From positions 12,601 to 76,600 of the forward strand of contig CAZFVQ010000015.1 in assembly GCA_964522415.1 (NCBI GenBank): a stretch of 64,000 nt of DNA, given 5' to 3'. Both the position numbers and the translations under genes were made by a program. Source of the stretch: an uncultured Rikenellaceae bacterium. Its GTDB lineage: Bacteria > Bacteroidota > Bacteroidia > Bacteroidales > VadinHA17. The notes beneath the pieces were generated by a model. That model was not told the DNA's origin. It made no database searches and saw only the letters and a program-made list of their open reading frames with translations. Shown piece by piece: positions 1 through 9,243 of this stretch. Position 1 is the first letter of the stretch. Every line of letters begins with the position of its first letter.

Positions 1-286
1 TGATAATAGGTTTTGCTGCATTGAAACTTGCAATATCTGTATTAACTACTAATAGTTTCCTCCATTTCTTAATCCAGTCTTTTAGAAATACTTCCTTCCC
101 CCTATACTCATCAATTTCCTGTTCGACAAAGTCAATGGTTTTGAAGCAGCCCAGCCTTATTAAATCTTCTATTTCCTCCCAAATTGCAGTAAATACAGGA
201 TTTCCCCTTTTAAAATTAAAGTCCAATCGCATCAGGGCACTTGTGTCAATAACATAAACCGTATTTCCTTCACTGAATAAGTCCAT
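1..286 (-). CDS. DUF4411-like (PIN-like) protein, N-terminal 95 aa; the gene runs off the left edge
   Basis: Absent from the ORF track because there is no stop in the window. The ATG at 286 lies 2 nt after the stop of the ImmA/IrrE gene, and the frame is open to position 1. The translation MDLFSEGNTVYVIDTSALMRLDF...AIWEEIEDLIRLGCFKTIDFVEQEIDEY resembles the DUF4411 N-terminus that usually follows HTH-ImmA/IrrE genes. Confidence 0.6.
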   Translation of the reverse strand, partial: MDLFSEGNTVYVIDTSALMRLDFNFKRGNPVFTAIWEEIEDLIRLGCFKTIDFVEQEIDEYRGKEVFLKDWIKKWRKLLVVNTDIASFNAAKPII

Positions 287-288
287 TG

Positions 289-1431
289 TTAAGCGTTCAG
301 AAATTGACGGGTCTTGGGAATATAGGACAACTTAACGCCCAGAAAATCAGACAAATCTTTAATATTAATGCGGTTTTGGTCAAATGCCATGAATGCCAGG
401 CTAATATAGGTTTTACCTTTTTCCTGGACCGCCTCTTTGGCTAAATTTCGCCCTTCCGAATTTTTTGCCCTTCCGAAGGGCGGCTTGTTCCATTGTTTGT
501 GTTTTTCTTTATAAAAAGCAGCTGTGGTAAGCTTCTGTTCAAATAAGCTCCTCAGAATTGCCAGAGGGCCAACATGAAAATGCCTGCCAAGCTCAGCCAG
601 GTCCTTTAATAACCATTCTTTCTGACCTTGCTCCTGATATGAGCGAACAATATCCTTACGCAATAATTCTTCTGAGGGCACTAATACTTCAGCAGCAAAA
701 GCGTTACACCATTTTTCCACTTCCCATTGCGGATACAGAGATAAATCACTTATCGCATTCTCATTTAATAAGATGTGTCCCAGTTCATGAAATAGGGTAA
801 ATGTTTTTGAGTGATCCTGTTCGCCACCTCTTTTTATGCCTATAATCGGAATAAGATCATCTACAATGGCAAAACCCCGTACATTGTCTTGTGTTAAGCT
901 TAGTTGAAATACAGCAATGCCCAGGTTTTCAATGCGTTCTATGTAAACTTCTAATGCTATTCTGACATCTTCAATTTCCCTTATTTCGTCTAAATGAAGC
1001 AGTTGACGAATTTTTTCTGCAACTTCCTGCGGATTATTCTTTAATGATTCAGATAAATTGAATTTGGGAAATGGCATTCCCATTTCTTCGCGCAACTCAA
1101 CAAACGATTGAGCCAAAGCTCTTGCCTTACGGACTGCCATAATGGTTTTTTCATGAAAATAACCAAGTTCCTTTGAATCAATGCTACGTCTATCTGCAGG
1201 AAACGGTTTTTCCTTTGGTGGATTATTAAGTAAAAATGTAGCAATAGTCCGTTTGTATGTTTTTGAAAATGCCTTAAGCTCTGCCAGGGTGGGCTGTTTC
1301 CCACCTGATTCTAATTGAACCAACCGCTTAGGCGAAATACCGGTACTTTCAGAAGCCTGTGCCTGGCTCAGAGCAAGCGATTCCCTCGCCCAGACAAGGA
1401 CTTCATGATTGATGTGAATACTTTCCTTCAT
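289..1431 (-). CDS. XRE-type HTH fused to an ImmA/IrrE-family zinc metallopeptidase
   Basis: The N-terminal HTH reads LALSQAQASESTGISPKRLVQLESG. The HEXXH zinc site reads FTLFHELGHILL. The track start at 1458 is a TTG, and the ATG at 1431 (MKESIHINHEV) is more likely. Confidence 0.85.
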   Translation of the reverse strand: MKESIHINHEVLVWARESLALSQAQASESTGISPKRLVQLESGGKQPTLAELKAFSKTYKRTIATFLLNNPPKEKPFPADRRSIDSKELGYFHEKTIMAVRKARALAQSFVELREEMGMPFPKFNLSESLKNNPQEVAEKIRQLLHLDEIREIEDVRIALEVYIERIENLGIAVFQLSLTQDNVRGFAIVDDLIPIIGIKRGGEQDHSKTFTLFHELGHILLNENAISDLSLYPQWEVEKWCNAFAAEVLVPSEELLRKDIVRSYQEQGQKEWLLKDLAELGRHFHVGPLAILRSLFEQKLTTAAFYKEKHKQWNKPPFGRAKNSEGRNLAKEAVQEKGKTYISLAFMAFDQNRINIKDLSDFLGVKLSYIPKTRQFLNA

Positions 1432-1514
1432 GGAAACTTTGATTAAATGTTGTAACAAATTAAGAAGGCAATTCCCAAATATTTGGTTGTACTTTTAAAA
1501 CCGATAATCTTCCT

Positions 1515-1661
1515 TTACGGATCAACTTTATTACTTTTTCCACGTCTTGATTGTCGGTTTTGAACGTACCCATTTACCAGGTTGTAGTTCTTACCGGATT
1601 TCTCAACCAGCAAAGTCTGTTTTATTCCTTTATCTTCCAGTACTTCTTCAATTCTGTTCAT
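1515..1661 (-). CDS. Short XRE-like HTH ORF (48 aa), possibly a truncated or frameshifted remnant
   Basis: It is below the track cutoff. The translation MNRIEEVLEDKGIKQTLLVEKSGKNYNLVNGYVQNRQ matches the first helices of small Bacteroidota XRE regulators, then ends in unrelated residues (SRRGKSNKVDP*). Confidence 0.4.
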   Translation of the reverse strand: MNRIEEVLEDKGIKQTLLVEKSGKNYNLVNGYVQNRQSRRGKSNKVDP

Positions 1662-1819
1662 GTGGTCAATGATTCAGACTACTAAAATAGTTCTTAATTA
1701 TTGACTTATCTCATATTTCAATATAAGAAGTGTTTGAATTATTGTTTCACTGTCCTTCACGCTGTTAATAAAAATGCTCTTTGGGTTTTACAAAGGCCTG
1801 TTATAGCCAGTACCCTTTA

Positions 1820-2227
1820 TTAAGGCCTGTGTATAAGGTTTATCTCTGATAGTTCCTGTCCGATTTGATGAATTCCAAGCAGAATTTTTTCTGTTTGGGC
1901 ATCAGAGGGTTTCTTACGACCCTGTACATACTGAGAAAGCAAGGTTGGATTCATTCCAATCTTGTTGGCAAGAAACTTAGCGTTAATGACTTTGTAGTAC
2001 TGGAAGAACTGTTTAAAGTCAATCTCAAACTTAAGGTTCTCTTGAGTAATACGAATGCTTTCTTTTTCAAAAAAGAGGTTTGCAGCTTCAAGAGCATTAT
2101 CAAATAACTCAGGAATAGTCCTGCCAGTAGTATAGATAGGATAGTCCTCAGAAAAGGCAGAAAAGCCTGTATCTGTCTTTTCCACTATCATTTTTATCTT
2201 TTTGTTTGTTGTTTTCATCTCCATCAC
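1820..2227 (-). CDS. hicB: HicB-family antitoxin with a C-terminal HTH
   Basis: The N-terminal HicB-like fold pattern reads TGFSAFSEDYPIYTTGRTIPEL...ALEAANLFFE. The C-terminal HTH reads LANKIGMNPTLLSQYVQGRKKP. It lies 14 nt downstream of hicA. Confidence 0.8.
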   Translation of the reverse strand: MMEMKTTNKKIKMIVEKTDTGFSAFSEDYPIYTTGRTIPELFDNALEAANLFFEKESIRITQENLKFEIDFKQFFQYYKVINAKFLANKIGMNPTLLSQYVQGRKKPSDAQTEKILLGIHQIGQELSEINLIHRP

Positions 2228-2241
2228 TTATATTAATTCTC

Positions 2242-2427
2242 CTACGTCAGACCAGCATCCTTGAGTATCTTTTTCTCAAGCCCTTTACCTACTTCCTGAC
2301 TGCCATGGTTTGGGAAGATGATCATACCTGGTTTCTTGTCATGTTTAAGTTTTACATGCGAACCTTTTTGTGATATGGGATACCAACCATCTTTTGTCAG
2401 GATCTTATATAGCTCAGAACATTTCAT
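2242..2427 (-). CDS. hicA: HicA-family mRNA interferase toxin
   Basis: 61 aa with the signature KILTKDGW...KGSHVKLKH...IFPNHGSQEVGKGLEKKILKDAGL, typical of HicA/YcfA. Confidence 0.85.
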   Translation of the reverse strand: MKCSELYKILTKDGWYPISQKGSHVKLKHDKKPGMIIFPNHGSQEVGKGLEKKILKDAGLT

Positions 2428-2610
2428 TGTCTGCTGATAGGCTATAACGACACAAAGGTAAATAATAATTTACCTGAACGCAAATATTCTTTCATTTTTG
2501 TGCCGGCATGGGCTATAGCTTATATCAGGTGTAACTTATATCCTGAAACCCGGCCGGAAAAACTAATCAATGAATCTGCCCCGACAGCTCATTATTCCGG
2601 AATTTTATTA

Positions 2611-2618
2611 TAAATTTG
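2611..2618 (+). promoter_or_regulatory. Bacteroidota -7 promoter box TAAATTTG (TAnnTTTG)
   Basis: Exact match to the TAnnTTTG consensus, 20 nt upstream of the ATG at 2638. Confidence 0.4.
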
Positions 2619-2637
2619 GTTTGTCAATTCTCTGTCT

Positions 2638-3540
2638 ATGAAAGTCAATATATATCTCCTTCTGACAACTGTTATTTTAATCTCATTTTCCTGCAGACAA
2701 AAGACCGCGGAAAAATTCATTTTCAATCCGGTTTTCTCAACCCTTTCTGAAGATTCCTCCGGAAGTACTGACCGGGAAACAAAATATGAAGCCTATTACG
2801 GACTGCTGACCCCGGTCGAAATCTGCTCGATATTCAACAGGCTTGGAGTGACTTATGACAATGCAGCCCTGAATCCGGTATCAAACAGCGACTCATACAT
2901 GAGCATTGCAAAAGCTGCAGTCAATACCGGCATTTACGGAGTGGATTTCGGTTACCTGAAAATGTTCGGACTGGGACAGGATGTGATCAATTACATGGTT
3001 ACCATACGCAGGATGAGCAACAGGCTGGGGATTCCGGATTACCTGATGCTGAATCCCCTCAGACAGATTGAAAGTGATATTGCTGATCCTGACACCGTGA
3101 CTGCCCTTATGGGAAAAGCTTTTTCCGATCTCAAGGACCATCTGATGAGGAACGAAAGGGAGAGTATTGCAGGACTGATACTCATGGGCGGATGGGTTGA
3201 AGCAATGTTCATTGCAACCCAGCTGGCATATGATCACGAAAACCCCGATCCGGTAGTGATACAAAAAATCGCTGAACAGAAATACACCCTGAAATCCCTG
3301 CTGAGTTTCATGAAAAATTACTATGACGACCCGGTGGTGGTTTATTACATGAAAAAACTGAAATATCTCAATAATTACTTCGACAGCTTCGACATTTATT
3401 TCAAACCGGGTGATCTTGAAATAGATACCCTCAAGAAGGTACTGCGTTCCTCGGGTGCTGACATGACTATCACGCTTCCAACCCTTGACATGATAAAGGA
3501 TTATGTCGCAAAGCTGAGAACTGAAATGGTAACACCCTGA
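2638..3540 (+). CDS. Lipoprotein of unknown function, first gene of the A2M-pbpC cluster
   Basis: Signal peptide plus lipobox-like ILISFSC. Same strand as the A2M gene and 57 nt upstream of it. I recognise no family. Confidence 0.7.
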   Translation: MKVNIYLLLTTVILISFSCRQKTAEKFIFNPVFSTLSEDSSGSTDRETKYEAYYGLLTPVEICSIFNRLGVTYDNAALNPVSNSDSYMSIAKAAVNTGIYGVDFGYLKMFGLGQDVINYMVTIRRMSNRLGIPDYLMLNPLRQIESDIADPDTVTALMGKAFSDLKDHLMRNERESIAGLILMGGWVEAMFIATQLAYDHENPDPVVIQKIAEQKYTLKSLLSFMKNYYDDPVVVYYMKKLKYLNNYFDSFDIYFKPGDLEIDTLKKVLRSSGADMTITLPTLDMIKDYVAKLRTEMVTP

Positions 3541-3597
3541 GATATTATCCGGGGAATTCGTACTTTTAAATACTAAATCCGTTAATTTGTTTTCATC

Positions 3598-6500
3598 ATG
3601 AAATCCTTCCGATATTTCATCATCACGATATTTGTCATTCTCATTGTTTCATGCGGAAGGGGTGACAAATCCTCACAAAAACCGGGACTGTCAACAGTTC
3701 CCGGGCTGTCAGAGACAATTCTTCCCCTTGATAAAGGATTCAGCCGTTATATCTCGGCCTATACATCAGGTACCATACCTGCCGCTTCAGTCATCGAAAT
3801 ACGTTTCACTCCCGGATTTGCCGCCGTGGCAGGCAAACAGCTGCCAGCAGGACTTTTCGAATTCAGTCCCGCAATAAAGGGCAAAACCGAATGGACCGAT
3901 GAATCAACCCTGGCATTCACGCCGTCAAAGCCTCTTGATCCGGGGAAAGCATATACGGGCGGACTGAATATCCACAAGCTCGGCAGCGTTGAAGAAAGAC
4001 TGAAGGTATTCCCTTTCAGGATACAAACACTCAAAAAAGATTTCAGCATAAACCTTGGTGCCCCTGAAAGCAGTCCGGCAGGAGACAGATATACCATAAG
4101 CGGGGAACTGATAACCCCGGATTATATTCCCGATGCGGAAACAGAAGGCTATCTGGAAGTAAGGCTGAACAGAAAGAAGATCGACATAAAATGGGAGCAT
4201 GAGGACAATCCCGTGCACAGGTTCACGGTGGCCGGCATAGCCAGGGAAGACAGGGCCGGGGAACTTACAATCTCATGGGACGGCACAGCTTCGGGTATCA
4301 GGAGAAAGGGTTCACAAAATATCAGCATACCGGCCACAGGCGATTTCATTGTAATGGATGTCAGAACCCGTTCAGGCGATAATCCGGCAATCGATATCAT
4401 CTTCTCCGATCCCGTGGATGAATCGCAGGAAACGGAAGGCCTTATCTTCCTCGATCCCGCCACCCGGATCACAACAAGCATCAGCAGGAATGTGGTAAGT
4501 CTTGTTCCTGCGGAAGGATTCCCCCAAATGGTAACGCTCAACATTGAACCGTCGGTCAGAAACACCAGAGGCAGATCCCTCCCGGCAGCTTTTTCATCAA
4601 AACTCGAATTCGCAGCTCTCAGGCCGGAAATAAGACTGATTGGCAAAGGCATTATCATGCCGGCATCACAAAACCTGGTATTCCCGTTCAAAGCAGCCAA
4701 CCTGAAAGCTGTTGACCTGAAAATTATTAAGATATTCGAAAACAACCTCCCCTATTTTCTGCAGGAAAGTGATATCGACAGGGGGTATTATATCAAACGC
4801 TTCGGGCGGGCGGTTTATTCCGGAAGAATTGATCTTCACGGCGAAGAAGGATTAGGGTCCGGAGCCGGGAATACCGGAACCGGGACAGGCACGGGGAGCG
4901 GGAACACCGGAGTTGGTCCGGGAACCGGAACCGGATCATGGAACCTTTATACCATTGACCTTGCCGATTATATAAATGTTGAACCGGGAGTCCTTTACAA
5001 TGTCCGGCTCAGCATGAGGAGATCCTATTCATTGCTTTCATGTCCGGGCAGCGACCAGCCTTCCCGCTATGAAGAACTCCTCGACGAAGCCCGGGAAATG
5101 GAAAAGGCATACTTCGATGATCCTGATGATTATTTTGATGACAGCCAGGAATCCATCTACTATTCAATGAATTTTCGCTGGGAGGACCGTGATGACCCAT
5201 GCATGGACGCATATTACAGTCCCGACAGAAACGTGTCGAGGAATATTCTGGCATCAAATCTCGGACTGATCGCCAAGATGGGCGAAGACAACATCCTTCA
5301 TGTAACGGTAAACGACCTGCTGACCGCAACGCCTGTGAACGAGGTGCGGATAAGGGTCTATGATTACCAGATGCAGCAGATTGTATCGGGAAGCACCGAC
5401 CATGAGGGATTCTTTTCACTGTACTGTCCGGGGAAGCCGTTCCTGGTAACAGCAAACAAGGACCGGGACCGTAATTATCTCAAAGTGAATGACGGATCAT
5501 CACTCTCGCTCAGTTCCTTTGATGTCTCGGGAACAAGGCCCGAAAAGGGAATAAAAGCATTTATCCACGGTGAAAGGGATGTATGGAGACCGGGTGATTC
5601 AATATACCTTTCCCTGTTCATCAGGGACCTGCTGGATGATTTTCCCGCTGATCATCCCGTGCAGTTCGAACTTATCAATCCCCATGAACAGAAAGTGGAT
5701 TACCAGATCCATAAATTCGACGGAAAGGGGCTGATCGTTGTCAGGACAGCAACTGATGAAGATGCTGTTACAGGGAATTACCGGGCACAGTTCAGGATAG
5801 GAGTTGCCATCTTTACAAAACGGATACGTGTTGAGACCATCAAGCCCAACCGCCTGAAAATAAATCTTGCCTTCCCTTCAGGAACACTCGGCGGAAGCGA
5901 ACACAGCATCACCGGAAACCTCGGTGTGAAATGGCTCAACGGGGCAGTGGCAAAAAACCTCAATGCTTCGGTGGACTATCTCCTGAAACACTCAAAAACC
6001 GAATTCCCGAAATACAGCCAGTATGTGTTCGATGATCCGGTTGCAGATTATTATGCCGAAACAGTGAACATCTTCAGTAACAGGATTGATGACAATGGAA
6101 ATGCTCTTATAACATTCAGTCCGGGTGAACAGGTAAATGCCCCCGGAATGCTTAATGCCCTGTTCACGGTGAAGGTCACGGAACCGGGCGGAGACGAAAG
6201 CATAATACAGTCAGACTATAAATATGCGCCCTACCCTGTTTTTGTGGGTATCAATCTGCCGGGACTCGGCGATAAGGGCAGGACTCTTTATACCGACACT
6301 GACAATAATGTCAGGATCATTACGGTAAATGAAAAGGGCGTGCCTGTCAGCTCGGAGGTGGAGCTGACCATCTACAAACTGTCATACAGATGGTGGTGGG
6401 AATCGGATAATGAATACCTTGCGGATTATATTTCCGGGCGTATCCACAAGCCTGTCATAAGGCAGAGGCTGATAAGTCCTGCGGGCGGAACAAGCGTCAG

Positions 6501-9243
6501 TTTCAATATTGACAGGAAGGAATGGGGCAGGTACCTGATACGGGCAAGCACCCCGTCAGGACATTCAACAGGAAAAATACTGCTTGTCGACTGGCCATGG
6601 GAATATGGCATGAAGCCGGGTGCCGACGGAGCCACTCTCCTTGCAATAAATACCGACAAGGAGAAATATCATCCGGGCGATGAAGTAAGATTGTCCTTCC
6701 CCTCACCCGAAAATGCCCGGGCCATCATATCATTGGAAAATGCGACGGGAGTACTCAGCCATATCCACACAAAAACGGACAGGGGAAATACCGAGGTCCG
6801 TTTCAGGATAACTGCCGGAATGGCTCCCAACGTCTATGCCCATGTATCGGTTATTCAGCCTCACAGTCAGACAATCAATGATATGCCTGTACGTCTTTAC
6901 GGCATAGCCGCTATTTTGGTGGAAGACCCGGATTCACGGCTTCGGCCCGTGATAAATGCCCCGAAGGAAGTCAGATCGCAGCAATCTTTCGAAATAAGTG
7001 TAAATGAAGCTTCAGGCAGGGAAATGTCATACACCCTGGCTATCGTTGATGAAGGATTGCTTGACATCACCGGCTTCAGGACACCTGATCCCTGGAATTA
7101 TTTCTACGCCCGTGAGGCTCTCGGCGTAAAAACATGGGATCTGTATGACCAGGTTTTCGGATCCTTCGGGGGAACCCTCGACAGGATATTTGCAGTCGGA
7201 GGCGATGAGAGTCTTGTCGACAGATCAGCAAACAAGGCCCAGAGGTTCATTCCGGTGGTGAAATTCCTCGGACCTTTCAATCTCCGCCAGGGAAAGACGA
7301 ATACTCACACAATCACCCTTCCGCAGTACACAGGATCTGTCAGGACAATGGTCACGGCCGGAAATGAAAATGCCTACGGAGCAGCCGACAGGTCAATACT
7401 CGTGAAGGATCCCCTGATGGTGCTGGTCACTGCTCCCAGAGTAATAGGTCCGGGAGAAAAAGCCGCTCTTCCCGTTACCGTTTTCATAAACAGAAATAAT
7501 ATCAGGACAGTGAGTCTTAAAGCCGAAGGAAATGAATTCATAAGCTTTCCGAAGGCTTCAGAAACCCTGTCGGCAGACGGCAGCGGCGAACTGGATACCG
7601 AATTTGTTTTTACTGCCGGCGGAAAAACCGGAACGGCAGTAATCAAAGTGACTGCCACCGGCGGCGGCGAAACAGCCGTTCATGAAATCCAGATTGCCGT
7701 CCGGAGCCCCAATCCTCCTGAAACAAGATCAGAGCTTAAACTCCTGAAACCGGGAGAAAAATGGGAAACATCCTTCAGTCCTTTCGGAACGGAGGGATCC
7801 GCTTCAGCCGCAATAGAACTGTCCGGACTCCCTTCAGCGAACCTCGGGAAGCACCTTGACTATCTTGTCAGTTATCCTCACGGCTGCACTGAACAGATCG
7901 TCTCAGCAGCATTTCCGCAGATATTTTCCGCGGATCTGTTTAAAAACGATACAGCCTTTGCGGAACAGCCGGCATCAAACATAAAAGAAGCTATCAGCAA
8001 AATCCTTTCAAGGCAGATGGTCAGCGGAGGCCTCGGATCCTGGCCCGGCTCATACCAGGCGGATAACTGGATAACATCCTATACCGGACATTTCATGATT
8101 GAGGCTGAGAGGAAGGGATATAACATAACATCGGGATTCAGGCAGAAATGGACGGCATATCAGAAAAAGGCTGCGCGCGAATGGAGGTATGACCCCCGGA
8201 ATATCCAGACTTCAAATGATCAGGCCTACCGCCTTTTCACCCTTGCTCTTGCCGGCTCCCCGGAAAAAGGAGCCATGAACAGACTGAGGGAAACACAGGA
8301 TGTTCCCGCCCTTTCGCGCTGGCTGCTTGCAGCTGCATTCGCAGCAAGCGGACGGAACGAAGTTGCGGGCTCTCTCCTGGATGTCCGGAACACCTCAACG
8401 GAACCGGAATATCAGTATTCCTACTACGGAAGCCCTCTCCGCGACAAGGCAATAATTCTTTATACCCTCACACTCCTTGACAGAAAGGAACAGGCCCTCC
8501 CCCTGCTGAGGGAGATATGCGGCAGTCTCACGGAAAATTCATGGCACAGTACCCATTCACTTGCCTGGGGACTGTTTGCGTATATGAAATGGGTACAGGC
8601 AGTGCCTTCGGATGACAAATCTCCTGCAAGGATCAGCATCAGCTTCAATAACAGGAAATCCGAAAAAAGTATTGGTTCCCGGGAGTTGTTGTCGGAAAAG
8701 CTGGATATGATTCCGGGATCCAATTCACTCACAGTGGTCAACAATTCCGGAACAACGGTTTATGCCGGTCTTGTGAGAAAAGGGATAGCGCCGGCATCCG
8801 ATGTTACAGCCATTGAGAAGGGATTAAGAATGAAGGTTGATTATGTAAATACACGTCTGGAACCGATTGACCACAGGAAGCTGATGATGGGAACCGGTTT
8901 CCTGATGGTGGTCAGGGTGACAAACACAGGCTTTTCGCGGGTTGATGACATTGCCCTCACAAGAATGGTCCCTCCGGGATGGGAGATCAGGAACATCAGA
9001 CTCCATGAGGCAGACTACGGCATCAGGGAAAGTGCGTCGGACTATACAGATATCAGGGATGACCGTGTATATAATTATTTCAGTCTCGGAAAGGGAGAAA
9101 CAAAAACATTTGTTCTCCTCCTGAATGCTGCTTACAAGGGAGAATATTTCCAGCCGGCAATATGGTGCGAGGCAATGTATACGAAAGATTGTCATGCACG
9201 GCATCCGGGCGGCAGAGTGACTGTTACCGGAGATCAGAATTGA
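3598..9243 (+). CDS. Bacterial alpha-2-macroglobulin family lipoprotein (1881 aa) with an intact thioester motif
   Basis: Lipoprotein signal IVSCGR. The thioester CTEQ in YPHGCTEQIVSAAFPQ is encoded at 7885-7896. Size and position beside pbpC fit the family. Confidence 0.9.
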   Translation: MKSFRYFIITIFVILIVSCGRGDKSSQKPGLSTVPGLSETILPLDKGFSRYISAYTSGTIPAASVIEIRFTPGFAAVAGKQLPAGLFEFSPAIKGKTEWTDESTLAFTPSKPLDPGKAYTGGLNIHKLGSVEERLKVFPFRIQTLKKDFSINLGAPESSPAGDRYTISGELITPDYIPDAETEGYLEVRLNRKKIDIKWEHEDNPVHRFTVAGIAREDRAGELTISWDGTASGIRRKGSQNISIPATGDFIVMDVRTRSGDNPAIDIIFSDPVDESQETEGLIFLDPATRITTSISRNVVSLVPAEGFPQMVTLNIEPSVRNTRGRSLPAAFSSKLEFAALRPEIRLIGKGIIMPASQNLVFPFKAANLKAVDLKIIKIFENNLPYFLQESDIDRGYYIKRFGRAVYSGRIDLHGEEGLGSGAGNTGTGTGTGSGNTGVGPGTGTGSWNLYTIDLADYINVEPGVLYNVRLSMRRSYSLLSCPGSDQPSRYEELLDEAREMEKAYFDDPDDYFDDSQESIYYSMNFRWEDRDDPCMDAYYSPDRNVSRNILASNLGLIAKMGEDNILHVTVNDLLTATPVNEVRIRVYDYQMQQIVSGSTDHEGFFSLYCPGKPFLVTANKDRDRNYLKVNDGSSLSLSSFDVSGTRPEKGIKAFIHGERDVWRPGDSIYLSLFIRDLLDDFPADHPVQFELINPHEQKVDYQIHKFDGKGLIVVRTATDEDAVTGNYRAQFRIGVAIFTKRIRVETIKPNRLKINLAFPSGTLGGSEHSITGNLGVKWLNGAVAKNLNASVDYLLKHSKTEFPKYSQYVFDDPVADYYAETVNIFSNRIDDNGNALITFSPGEQVNAPGMLNALFTVKVTEPGGDESIIQSDYKYAPYPVFVGINLPGLGDKGRTLYTDTDNNVRIITVNEKGVPVSSEVELTIYKLSYRWWWESDNEYLADYISGRIHKPVIRQRLISPAGGTSVSFNIDRKEWGRYLIRASTPSGHSTGKILLVDWPWEYGMKPGADGATLLAINTDKEKYHPGDEVRLSFPSPENARAIISLENATGVLSHIHTKTDRGNTEVRFRITAGMAPNVYAHVSVIQPHSQTINDMPVRLYGIAAILVEDPDSRLRPVINAPKEVRSQQSFEISVNEASGREMSYTLAIVDEGLLDITGFRTPDPWNYFYAREALGVKTWDLYDQVFGSFGGTLDRIFAVGGDESLVDRSANKAQRFIPVVKFLGPFNLRQGKTNTHTITLPQYTGSVRTMVTAGNENAYGAADRSILVKDPLMVLVTAPRVIGPGEKAALPVTVFINRNNIRTVSLKAEGNEFISFPKASETLSADGSGELDTEFVFTAGGKTGTAVIKVTATGGGETAVHEIQIAVRSPNPPETRSELKLLKPGEKWETSFSPFGTEGSASAAIELSGLPSANLGKHLDYLVSYPHGCTEQIVSAAFPQIFSADLFKNDTAFAEQPASNIKEAISKILSRQMVSGGLGSWPGSYQADNWITSYTGHFMIEAERKGYNITSGFRQKWTAYQKKAAREWRYDPRNIQTSNDQAYRLFTLALAGSPEKGAMNRLRETQDVPALSRWLLAAAFAASGRNEVAGSLLDVRNTSTEPEYQYSYYGSPLRDKAIILYTLTLLDRKEQALPLLREICGSLTENSWHSTHSLAWGLFAYMKWVQAVPSDDKSPARISISFNNRKSEKSIGSRELLSEKLDMIPGSNSLTVVNNSGTTVYAGLVRKGIAPASDVTAIEKGLRMKVDYVNTRLEPIDHRKLMMGTGFLMVVRVTNTGFSRVDDIALTRMVPPGWEIRNIRLHEADYGIRESASDYTDIRDDRVYNYFSLGKGETKTFVLLLNAAYKGEYFQPAIWCEAMYTKDCHARHPGGRVTVTGDQN

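Noticed and set aside
21-257. 78-aa plus-strand ORF at the left edge.
   Set aside because: It is antisense to the better-supported DUF4411-like reading frame, which is coupled to the ImmA/IrrE gene.
9162-9239. ATG at 9162 as the pbpC start.
   Set aside because: It would place 82 nt of pbpC inside the A2M gene and add a non-hydrophobic leader before the membrane anchor. The TTG at 9240, coupled to the A2M stop, is more economical, but this is not proven.
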